64,000 nucleotides of DNA from Camelus ferus (lineage: Eukaryota): positions 51,276,001 to 51,340,000 of the forward strand of contig NC_045697.1 in the NCBI RefSeq assembly GCF_009834535.1, in the 5' to 3' direction. Within the stretch, counting starts at the first letter, position 1; each line of letters opens with the position of its first letter. The position numbers and the translations under genes are program-made. Shown here piece after piece: positions 26,540 through 36,900 of the stretch. The notes beneath the pieces were generated by a model. The model saw nothing but the letters and a program-made list of their open reading frames with translations, ran no database searches and was not told where the DNA came from.

Positions 26540-26780
26540 TAATATATACTTTTATCATCATCTTTTTATGGTACATACGGAAATATTTATGGATGAAATT
26601 ATATCATGTTTGTCTGAGATTTGCTTTAGAAATAATTCAAGGTGGGGAGGAGAATTGATGTGGCTATATGTAAAATGAGATTAGCCTTGTTTATCATCAT
26701 TGAAGCTGGGTAATGGGTATGTGGGACTTCATTATACTGTTTTCTCTACTCTTTGATTTTGAAATTTACCATAATTTAAG
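26540..26780 (+). mobile_element. Old L1M 3'-UTR fragment, approximate
   Basis: gaaatatttatggatgaaat...gagatttgcttta...tgaagctgggtaatgggtat...ttcattatactgttttctctact. Confidence 0.65.
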
Positions 26781-26825
26781 AAACCACATCCTATTAAACA
26801 ATTTTCCATGCCTTGTCTGTTTTAG

Positions 26826-26953
26826 GAGCAAATGTGAATAGAACCACAGCTAATAATGACCATACTGTACTATCCCTGGCTTGTGCAGGGGGTCACCTGA
26901 CAGTGGTGGAACTACTTTTGGCTCATGGGGCAGATCCTACTCACCGTTTAAAA
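26826..26953 (+). CDS. ANKRD17: ANKRD17 exon 12 (128 nt): (G)ANVNRTTANNDHTVLSLACAGGHLTVVELLLAHGADPTHRLK
   Basis: Translated by hand; acceptor ttttag|GA, donor AAA|gtatgt. Confidence 0.94.
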
Positions 26954-27205
26954 GTATGTAACTCCAGTGTTTTAAGTAGCATTGTGAATTAATCTTTACT
27001 CTTGAGCTTAACAAAATATTATCAAAAGTTCCACGTACATTGACATCATCAGTGTTTTCATTGTCTTCTGTTTTTAGAGGAAAGTGTTCTTTACCAAACC
27101 TTAAATTTTAATGTGTCTGGGGCCTGTTGGCTTTATCTTCCTTACTGGTTCTGTAAATTAACTTTAAAAAAATTTTTTTTTCCTCTTCCATATCCACTCT
27201 TTTAG

Positions 27206-27349
27206 GATGGCTCGACTATGTTGATAGAAGCAGCAAAAGGTGGCCATACAAGCGTTGTTTGCTATCTTTTGGACTACCCTAATAACTTGCTTTCAGCCCC
27301 TCCACCAGATGTCACTCAGTTAACCCCCCCATCCCACGATTTAAATAGG
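27206..27349 (+). CDS. ANKRD17: ANKRD17 exon 13 (144 nt): DGSTMLIEAAKGGHTSVVCYLLDYPNNLLSAPPPDVTQLTPPSHDLNR, end of first ankyrin cluster
   Basis: Translated by hand; acceptor ttttag|GAT, donor AGG|gtaaga. Confidence 0.94.
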
Positions 27350-27540
27350 GTAAGATTCTAAACTAAAACATTTTATATCATCTTTATCCCCACCTTTGCT
27401 CATAGTTCCAGATTAAACTAGATTGATTGTTTTTTGTAATTAATATATGGTTCTCTTTAGAGATACGTACTTGATATGGTTAATGAACATCGGGTGTAAT
27501 AGTTAAATTCTAGATTGATATGATTTTGCATTGCTTTCTC

Positions 27541-27683
27541 TTTTTTTTAATATAAAAGGCATTATTTTATTTTTTTGTGGTGGGAGGTAACTGGTTTATT
27601 TATTTAATGGAAGTACTAGGGATTGAACCCAGGACCTCAGTCATGCTAGGCAGGTACTCTACCACTGAGCTATACCCTTCCCC
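27541..27683 (-). mobile_element. tRNA-derived SINE (vic-1-like), antisense
   Basis: Reverse complement reads GGGGAAGGGTATAGCTCAGTGGTAGAG...GAGGTCCTGGGTTCAATCCC; shares body and tail with the 13665 copy; flanked by TTGCTTTCT on both sides. Confidence 0.9.
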
Positions 27684-27916
27684 CTGTTTTGCTTTCTTAC
27701 TATGGCCATAATAACCTTTTGAATTCAAAGTCCACTAAAAAAATATCACATAAAATAATTTGGTACCAGCATATTTTAAGGAAATAAGTTACTGTCTGAT
27801 ATTGTCATATCAAAATTGTTTGGAATAGATCTCTGTAACTTATTCTTTATTTAAAGCATCTTATATAATGGAAGTTGTAGGAAAAGCAGAAATATAATCA
27901 GTTTTATTTGTGTTAG

Positions 27917-28019
27917 GCTCCTCGTGTACCAGTTCAAGCACTGCCCATGGTTGTCCCACCTCAGGAGCCTGACAAACCACCTGCCAATGTTGCCACTACT
28001 CTTCCCATCAGGAATAAAG
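27917..28019 (+). CDS. ANKRD17: ANKRD17 exon 14 (103 nt): APRVPVQALPMVVPPQEPDKPPANVATTLPIRNK(A)
   Basis: Acceptor tgttag|GCT, donor AAG|gtcagt; the ORF track shows only a shifted frame (27924..28115). Confidence 0.93.
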
Positions 28020-29485
28020 GTCAGTTATACTTCTAAAAACTGTTTCTTACATGTTGTCCAAGTAAAAATGATAAGATTACCAAATTATTTTTCCACAAAA
28101 AATGAATTTTACTAGGTTGGCATAATTAAGGAATTTTTTTTACCAATGAAGAAAGCATGTTATTGGGAGAGAAGATAGTTAATAGTACTAGTTTGTGCTG
28201 GAATCAGAAGTATTAGCAGTAGAAATTCAGATGCTCATCTTTGGTGCAATTCTGATTATCTGTAATTTTCTCTAATAACTAGTCATTTCTACTCATGTTA
28301 AAATGTTAGGCTGGTATAATTGGGTGACATTTTTGTAAATTACTAAAATTTCTGAGTGATATAAGGCATAAGATTAACAAGCTAGGTCAAAATTAAATTT
28401 TACTTTAGAATAACTGGTTTAATGTAGATTTTATATCTGGAATACCTTTTCTCAACCAACATTTCAAAGTTACTTCAGATATGCTTGTTTGTTTCTCTAG
28501 AACTCTGAGGTCCATATTTGACTTGTGGATGTTATACCATGCATGTTCATAAGTTATATCCCAGAAGATTACAGCTACCAGTTTGAATCAGTTTTTCCTT
28601 TTAAAAGTTTTACTTGAGGAACCAATGTGGTTTTAATTTTTTGGTTTCTGGCTACCTATATTATTTTACCAACAAGAACCCTAAATATTTCCACCAATTC
28701 TTTTCAATCACCACTACCAATCTAGAGCATTGTACCTTTTTGACTTGGTATAGCAAACAAATGATTGCTATACCCATAGCCAGATATGTTTATTCACCTG
28801 GCTGTCAGGAGATACAGTGGATGTCATAGTTCAGCATCTTTTCTTCCAGGGAAACTGAGTCCCAGTTCTCTACTGGCCAGGTAGCTTTGTGAATATGTGA
28901 ATTTATATCTTACCTTTATCAGTCTTGAAGATGGTAGTCCCCAGCAAAGACATATATTTTAGTTGGAGTTTAATTTCCTGGTACTTCTCAATGCTTTTTG
29001 GTACTCTTTGTGTGTATGTGTGTGTGTTTAAAAGGCACAAACTATTAAATGTAGAAAAACTTTGACTTAGAGGTTTAAGTTTTCCCTACATCTTAATAAT
29101 TTAGCATTATTTTTCTGTTCTTATGATAAGTTTTTACATCTTTATGATCAGACGAGGTATCTGTCTACACAGCCTTAGATTTTACTTTAATTGCACCACT
29201 TAGATATCACAAACCTGCATCCCTCTATTGTCTAATTTTAGCCATGTAATATTTTTAAAATTCTGAAATTAATTTCCCAAAGATTCCTCTATGCACATAA
29301 AATACATACATTTTATATTTATGATAAAGAAGGTGGATTTGTTTTTAATTCCTTAACAGTGCATTTTCACCTTCTATGGATATAATGACTTGGTGCATAA
29401 CTGTTGGCACTAAACCTCCCAACAGTAACTCTGTAATGAGGATGCCATTCATGTGCACTTCTGAGGGGGTTTCTTTTTCACACAG

Positions 29486-30238
29486 CTGCTTCTAAACAAA
29501 AGTCCAGCAGCCATTTGCCAGCAAACAGCCAGGATGTACAGGGTTACATCACCAATCAGTCTCCAGAGAGCATTGTAGAAGAGGCTCAGGGAAAGTTAAC
29601 AGAACTGGAACAGAGGATAAAAGAAGCCATAGAAAAGAATGCACAGCTGCAGTCCTTGGAACTGGCTCATGCTGACCAACTTACCAAGGAGAAGATCGAG
29701 GAGCTGAACAAAACAAGGGAGGAACAAATTCAGAAGAAGCAAAAGATTTTGGAGGAACTCCAGAAAGTAGAACGAGAGTTACAACTGAAAACTCAGCAGC
29801 AGCTAAAAAAGCAGTATCTAGAGGTTAAAGCTCAAAGAATTCAACTTCAGCAGCAGCAGCAACAGTCTTGCCAACATCTGGGACTACTAACTCCTGTTGG
29901 GGTTGGAGAACAGCTTTCAGAGGGAGACTATGCACGGTTGCAGCAAGTGGATCCTGTTTTGCTTAAAGATGAACCCCAGCAGACTGCTGCTCAGATGGGT
30001 TTTGCACCAATCCAGCCTCTGGCCATGCCTCAAGCTTTGCCTCTGGCGGCAGGTCCCTTGCCTCCAGGGTCCATCGCAAATCTTACAGAACTGCAAGGAG
30101 TGATAGTTGGACAGCCAGTACTGGGCCAAGCACAGTTGGCAGGGCTGGGGCAAGGAATTCTGACAGAAACACAACAAGGGTTAATGGTAGCCAGCCCTGC
30201 TCAGACCCTCAATGACACGCTGGATGACATCATGGCAG
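29486..30238 (+). CDS. ANKRD17: ANKRD17 exon 15 (753 nt, 251 codons): Q-rich coiled-coil linker between the ankyrin clusters
   Basis: Acceptor cacacag|CT, donor GCAG|gtgggt; ORF 29515..30258; (CAG)4CAACAG poly-Q at 29848-29865. Confidence 0.95.
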
Positions 30239-33200
30239 GTGGGTTTATATTGTTATGAGCAGGTATCAAATATGATTTGCTTAAGGCGAGTAAGAATGTG
30301 CCAGAATTTTTTGACGTTACCCAGCTTGAGAACTATTTCTGGACTCTTGACCCATGTATATTTTTAGAAATATTAGTTCAATCTCAGAAATTCTCAGACG
30401 GATACAGGTCAAATTAAAGATTAGCGCATTCAATACAAGTGACCGAAATTTTCTGGCTTAGGTGGGTAGGCTGGGAATCTAGGTTTGTCAGTAGTTGGGT
30501 GGATGTTTGATTTTTTTGTTTTTGTTTTTGTTTTTTCTCTTTAAGTTCAGAATACTGATAGAATTTTTGCTTCTGTATTTACACCAGTAAACCAGGAAAT
30601 TGATAGAAGTTGAAGTGCAAAAACTAGTAGGGTACATCAGAAGGCTTATTTGTGAACAGAAATATTTTATATCCTAATGGATCAGACTTCACACCTGATG
30701 GATATTTTAATAAAACAAGACACATAAACACTTTTACAACAATAATAAAGTGCCAAACCAAATACAGTTTGTTTATACTGTATGTCAGTGATTTTATCCC
30801 CTATGAATGTTAATGTGTAGTTTCTTTCTAATTGTATTGTGGGAAGGTGTGGTCCCCTGACAGTATCATAAATGATGTATCTTTAAATGGGTAGCCAGAG
30901 AAATTTATTCCATTATAATTAGTTTCAACGGCAAAGAGAAATATTTTAGAAGGTTGTTTTAGTAGTTGTTTGGGGTACTTATTTTTCAAGCTCTGTAACA
31001 AAGTAGTAGAATGAGATTTTACAGGATTATAAATCATAAGAATACTACACTGAAAAGGATGATTTTGTTCATTAAAAAAAAGTAAAGAAAAGATCTTGAA
31101 AAGAAAGAAAAAGGAAAAAACAAAGGGAGTAAATAGGTGAATTTTGATAATTTTCATTTGTTCTCTTCCCTCTTTTAATTCTTTGATCTATACCTAAAAG
31201 ATGATTGAATTTTTCTAATTTTGAAACTGTTTTAATAGCATGACATAGTATGATGAGATTATACATAATTTAGCTTTTATTTTTAAAAAGAATGAAAGAA
31301 AACTAAATTGTATAGTATTGAGATATTTAGCTAACATTCAGAAACTAAAAAACCAGCTAATGAGATAGGTTTCCAGTCCTCTTTTAGTATCACCTCAACA
31401 GTAATATGTGAAATTTTAAGCCTCTGCTAATCTTGGAGGGTCAATAATTACATTGAAAAAAAAGTTATTAATTACTAGTGAGAACTGTAAGATTCTTATA
31501 TTAAGAAGTATACATCTTTTCTATGGACTTGAAAATTACTACTAATCACCACCACCTGGTTATAATAATTGGGAATATAATTTTAAAAACATTAGATGTC
31601 TTATGAAGATTGAAGTACAATAGCTCCAAATCCCAAATTTGATATTACTTCTGTGACCATTGATCTAGATCATAATGGTGTTCTTTCTATTATGTCAGTT
31701 GAACTACCAAAGAATGTATAGAATTAAACATTATTTATCCAATTAAATGAAGAATAGACATTCCATACCAGTGAATATTTTTAAAATTTTGATATGCTAT
31801 CAGAATTTACCTGATGTTCTTGAGTATAGTTATCAACAGTGATTTACCAGTTGTATAATTTTTATGCTGATCAGAATTATCAGAAATTTGTAAAGTAGTT
31901 TTTCTGTTGATTTGTTTACCAAACAAAAAACAATTAAATTTTGCCTATGTGTTCCAGGTGTTTTCATGTAAAATTTTTTTTTAGCACACATAACTTTTCA
32001 GGAAATATGACAGATACTTGTCATATTGTAAAAATGCTTTACCCGTTTATTCTCATTTATATGGGGAGAGGAGAGATGACCCAAAGAAAGAACAGGATTA
32101 AAAACATCCAATTACCTCCCTGCAACCCATTCCTGCATCATGCATATGCACGTGCACAAACATACACATATACTCATATACTCACCTCCACAGCCTTTCT
32201 TTAAAGTTCTTCTGTGGTAGTACTTGTTCTTTCAGTTGACTAATGACCATTTCCATTTCTTTCTTTGGGTTTTTAATATCTTACAGCTTCATTAAGTTCA
32301 GTCTTCCTTCCCTCCTTCAGCATAAGCTCTGTTCTTTATTCCTTAGTCTCCATTTATTAGACTGCTCTTACAAGGTTAAATCTCTTTTTCTCTAGTACTT
32401 GGCTGGCCAAAATCTTCCATCTTCCCTGGTTTCTGTACTAGTCAAAGCAAAATTGGTTCTGTGCATAAGCAGTCTTAACACCTTTCCTTTGCTGTGCTCC
32501 CAAGTTCCCTCTTTCCTTACCTGATGTTAAAACTCCTCTGAGTATCTGGTTTTTCCCTCTGAAATCCAACCCTAAAATGAAGTTCCACATGTAAAGACCT
32601 GTACCAGAGTTCCTTGACGTACCTTCATATTTACAGTTGTTACTTTTAACTGTAGAGAATGGATGAGTGACAAGCAGTAAAGGAAATGAAATGAGGGAAT
32701 TGATTTTTCCTGTCTTCTTTTAGATGAGGTGGTGAGAACAACCAGTTTGACCAAAAATAAGAAAATTAATTTTAGTATGTTCTTTAAAAGAACTTATTCC
32801 AATTGAAATGTAAATTATCATTTAGTCATTTAACAATAAAACTTAGTTTTTTTGTTTAGTATGAAATAAAAATCAGTTCTTTGGACAGATTGGTGTTCAT
32901 TCTAAGCTGATTTTTGTATTTAGCATTTTCATTTGTAAAAATCAATCTAATAAAAGGAGAATATGGAATCTATTTTAAGAGCCATAGATTTTATATGGTT
33001 TTGAAATTTATACCTAGAATGTGTACATTTGAATTATCTTGATCTTAATATACAAAACTACCAATAGAGTACCAATATCAAGGTCAATAGATGATTAATT
33101 TAACATATTAGTACATGCCCTTTTCTATTGGATCCTTAAGGATTCAAACAGTGTTTTGTTTTGTTTTGTTTTGTTTCCTCCTTTGCTTTTCCTTTGGCTT

Positions 33201-34402
33201 TTAAGTGGCTTAAAAATGTATAATTACAGAATGTGTGTTGCTATAATGTATAGTGTATGTTTGTGCCTGAACTAAGGATTTCATGTAAAATAGATTTCTT
33301 AACTGACAGTCATGTTTATAATTGTGTTATAATAAGGTCAATATCAGTTTTGTTCTTGGCAGGAACATAACCTCTTTTACCTGGTTTCAGATCCAGTTGT
33401 GACTCATGATTGTTTTCTGTCTGATGTAGTTGATAACTACATTGATAATACACATCCACACTACTGCTGCTCATTCAAAGATTAATGCCCAGACTTTAGT
33501 GCTATATCATTTTTAATAAGAGGGAAAAAGGATTGATGTTTACATATCAACTCCAGAAGTGAGTTGATGAGGGAATAAAGTACCCTCAACTGCTACCACC
33601 TTGAGAATTTTCCCATCTCAAGTACTGATCTAATTAGCCCCTTCTTAATTTGCTTATTTTGGTAAAAATAATGTCATGGCAAAATTATACTTACAAGAAC
33701 TAACAATAATTTATATTTGAAAGATGATTGTATGCATAAGTTTATTTCTACCCTAATCTATAAATTTTGTCCTCATGCATCAGTGTGATTGCTGGATTGA
33801 TTGGTGGGCATTTTATGCCCGTCAGAATAATTCTATATGTGAGAAACTACTTCTGTGTGAGGATCAAATTTTCATATATATGCTGTCATACTGAGGGCTA
33901 CCCGCTGTCTGCAGTTAATGAAACAGTAGGAAGTATTTTAAATATTGAATAGCAAAGTTCTCCCCAGTGATACCACTTTTATTAGTTCTAGAATAAAAAG
34001 TGTGAAATTGGCAAGTAAAAGTCACATTTTCCTCCTTCTGAACTTGACTATTTTATATTTTATTCCTTTTCTGATTACGAAGATATAATGGACAACCATT
34101 TGCATCTATATTTAATTCATAAAAATACTTTTGTTTTCAGGGTTATTTTGAATTAAGGTTTTATGATTACATACTGTAAGAGGGAAATCTGTCTTTTGTA
34201 AATAAGTTACTCTCAATATACATTTTCATTTTGGACTGTTGTCCAGTGTCAGAAATAACCGAGAAAATGAGTTCTTAGTGCTATGGCAGTCTACCTGTAG
34301 ACATTTTGTTTTTAAAGGTCTTTAAATATTTTCTAATAATTATTTCTTACTGTTACCTAACAATGTTTCATCCTTATTAAGTGCAGTTATTTTGTTCAAC
34401 AG

Positions 34403-34551
34403 CAGTCAGTGGAAGAGCATCTGCAATGTCAAACACTCCTACCCACAGTATTGCTGCTTCCATTTCCCAACCTCAGACTCCAACTCCAAGTCCTATCATC
34501 TCTCCTTCAGCCATGCTTCCTATCTACCCTGCCATTGATATTGATGCACAG
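34403..34551 (+). CDS. ANKRD17: ANKRD17 exon 16 (149 nt): (A)VSGRASAMSNTPTHS...AIDIDAQ
   Basis: Tandem acceptor aacag|CAG (alternative start 34406), donor CAG|gtaagc. Confidence 0.93.
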
Positions 34552-34978
34552 GTAAGCTCCAGACTCAGGAGTGATGGTTTTTAACTGGAATTATATCATC
34601 ATTACATTACAAGCATTAATCATTGATTTAAAATCTTAGACTGTTTATCTCTGAGCAAAGACCTGAGCCACAGTTACAGAATGATTAGAATCCACATTTA
34701 AACACAAAATATCAAATATAGATTGTTACTGATAATTATCATGAAGATCTATTTTCCGAGGTCAAGTAATCTATTTTTCTTTAAACTTTAGAACAAGATG
34801 TAAAAAGAAAGAACTTACTTAATTAAGATTAGTGTGTATTTTCTTCTAAACTTAAATTAGAATATGAGTTTTAGAAGATGTTTTGAAATTCATAACGGAT
34901 TACACATAAAAGAAGAGGTTCTTTCATTTATATATCATATACTCTCACTTGCATTTATATTCTTTGAAAATTCTGAAT

Positions 34979-35054
34979 TTGCTGGCTGTAATATGTAGTG
35001 AGTCTGTGTGTCTGTTCTTGCTGGCTGTAGTATGTAGTGAGTCTATGTGTCTGT
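34979..35054. repeat. 39-bp tandem duplication (2 copies)
   Basis: TTGCTGGCTGTAATATGTAGTGAGTCTGTGTGTCTGT then TTGCTGGCTGTAGTATGTAGTGAGTCTATGTGTCTGT; 2 mismatches in 37 aligned bases. Confidence 0.9.
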
Positions 35055-36789
35055 CTATAACACTGTTAAGTTTTTTTAAAAAAAGTTTTTTAAAGAAATT
35101 AGTTTACTGTGAAATCTTAGAGCAAAGTGAGGTTGGAGAAGAGAGGATAGCTTGTGTTTTGTCCTGAAGAAATGCCGAGAGGCCTAGCTTAGAAGACTGC
35201 TGAATGAGGTAAGGGTGTATATGACCTTCTTCAGGGCTGAGAAATGTTTGTAGTTTATTTAGTTTTAATTAATACCTAGTTGGGGGACTAGTGTGAGGGT
35301 GGTGGTGTACATTATAAAACTTATGGTCTTATAAGTGATCAGTTGTTTATAAACGTAAATTTTAGGGGAGAGAGAATGTGTATATTATTGGACTATTAAA
35401 GGCCTATACTCTTAAACTATTGAAAATAAAGCTTCCTTTTCATTAAAATGTGACAATTAATCAATCAATCAATCGATCAATACTGTGAAAAGGAAATTGT
35501 ATTTCTGTTCTTACTTGCTTCTCAAATATTTATTGTTTTATATGAGCTAACTTTTTTGGAGCTCTTAAAAGTGTCAGGGGCTATTTTTAAGGAATAACCT
35601 CATTCATTCTGCAGACTACACATATCAGTAGCTACTCTTGAACATCCATTTTCCTGATAAAGAAACTGAGGCTAAGAGAGGAAAAAGCATTTTGCTTACA
35701 ATCACTTTTTTTAACCAAGAAGTGGTGGGGCTGGGTGTCAAATTTAGGTTGATTTGATTTCAAAAACGCCCTTACAAATATCATACTATACAGAACAACT
35801 ATACAAATAAATATGAGACATTCATTTGATAAACCACAATGGTTTACATTTCATATTGACAGCATTGTAAAATTGAATGGAACTTTTTATTGAATTTGCA
35901 TTATTTTCCTCTAATCTTTTTTGCTGAGTTTGTAAATGTTTTAACCAGAAGTATATTTTCTAATTTTTGTGGGATCAAAAATTGAGCCATAAGGAAAAGT
36001 AAAAACTTCACCAAAATATAAATGGATTTCTTTTTTTAAAAGGCCTTTAAATGAAACAGCTGCAGAGAAGTTTCCACCAAGTATGTTCATGATTTTATTG
36101 AATTTGAAATTGTTATAGTGATGGTGAAATTTTATCTGACTATACTACTAAACCAACCATAAATTAATTTCTGTTAAGTTACATTTAAATACTTTTAAAA
36201 TGTTAATTTTAAAAAAATAACATTTTAAATGCAGTAGACATACTTAATGTAAAAAGATTTGCGTTTGGCTCCATAAAAATCTGCTTTTTTATCTGGTCTT
36301 TACATCGAGGTTTTTCAGTTGGGTTAGCCTAATATGAGTTACAGTACTTTTCTTGGAGTTTACCGTAATTGCATAATTAGACATTAGAAAATTCCTGTTT
36401 GAGAAAGCATAATATAAAATAAATATTCAGAAATAGTTGTTCACTATTTTTTTTTAATTTTCAGTGTAGTGTGTTTTTTTATTTGTTTGTTTTGTATTTT
36501 TTGTTTTTTAGTTTACTAGTTTTTATGATACCAAACAGGTACTTTAAGTGTTAAATTAAAGATTCTTTTGTGCTAAATCCATCTGAAGTTTTTTCTAGAT
36601 TCTCAAATAAAAATCCCATGAAATTTTACATAATGGTTATTTTGATTTATGTGTGACAATACTGTGCCATTACAGATAGGTGATGTAATGAAAAAATTAA
36701 TACCAAGATTTTTCCTCTAGCTTGAAAGATTAAACATTCTTTAATTAACTGGATCTTTCGTTTATTTAACAAAACTTAACATGTACATT

Positions 36790-36900
36790 CTTAACACTTT
36801 ACAGACACTAACTTCTTTAACTTTATCTCTATAACAATCTCATGAAGTAGGTACTGTTACTATTCCCATTTTACAGGTGAGGAAAGAGACCTTGCCTAAC
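36790..36900 (-). mobile_element. MIR core fragment
   Basis: aacaatctcatgaagtaggtactgttactattcccattttacaggtgaggaaa. Confidence 0.75.

Noticed and set aside
29349..29359. U12-type branch sequence TTCCTTAAC suggesting a minor-class intron
   Set aside because: The upstream donor is GTCAGT, none of the 26 donors matches GTATCCTT/ATATCCTT, and the motif abuts the AG instead of lying 10-20 nt upstream.
29897..30177. Overlapping ORFs in exon 15 (29897..30103 + and 29917..30177 -) as a dual-coding or antisense gene
   Set aside because: Short, no recognisable motif, and expected as shadows of a GC-richer, CAG/CTG-rich coding exon.
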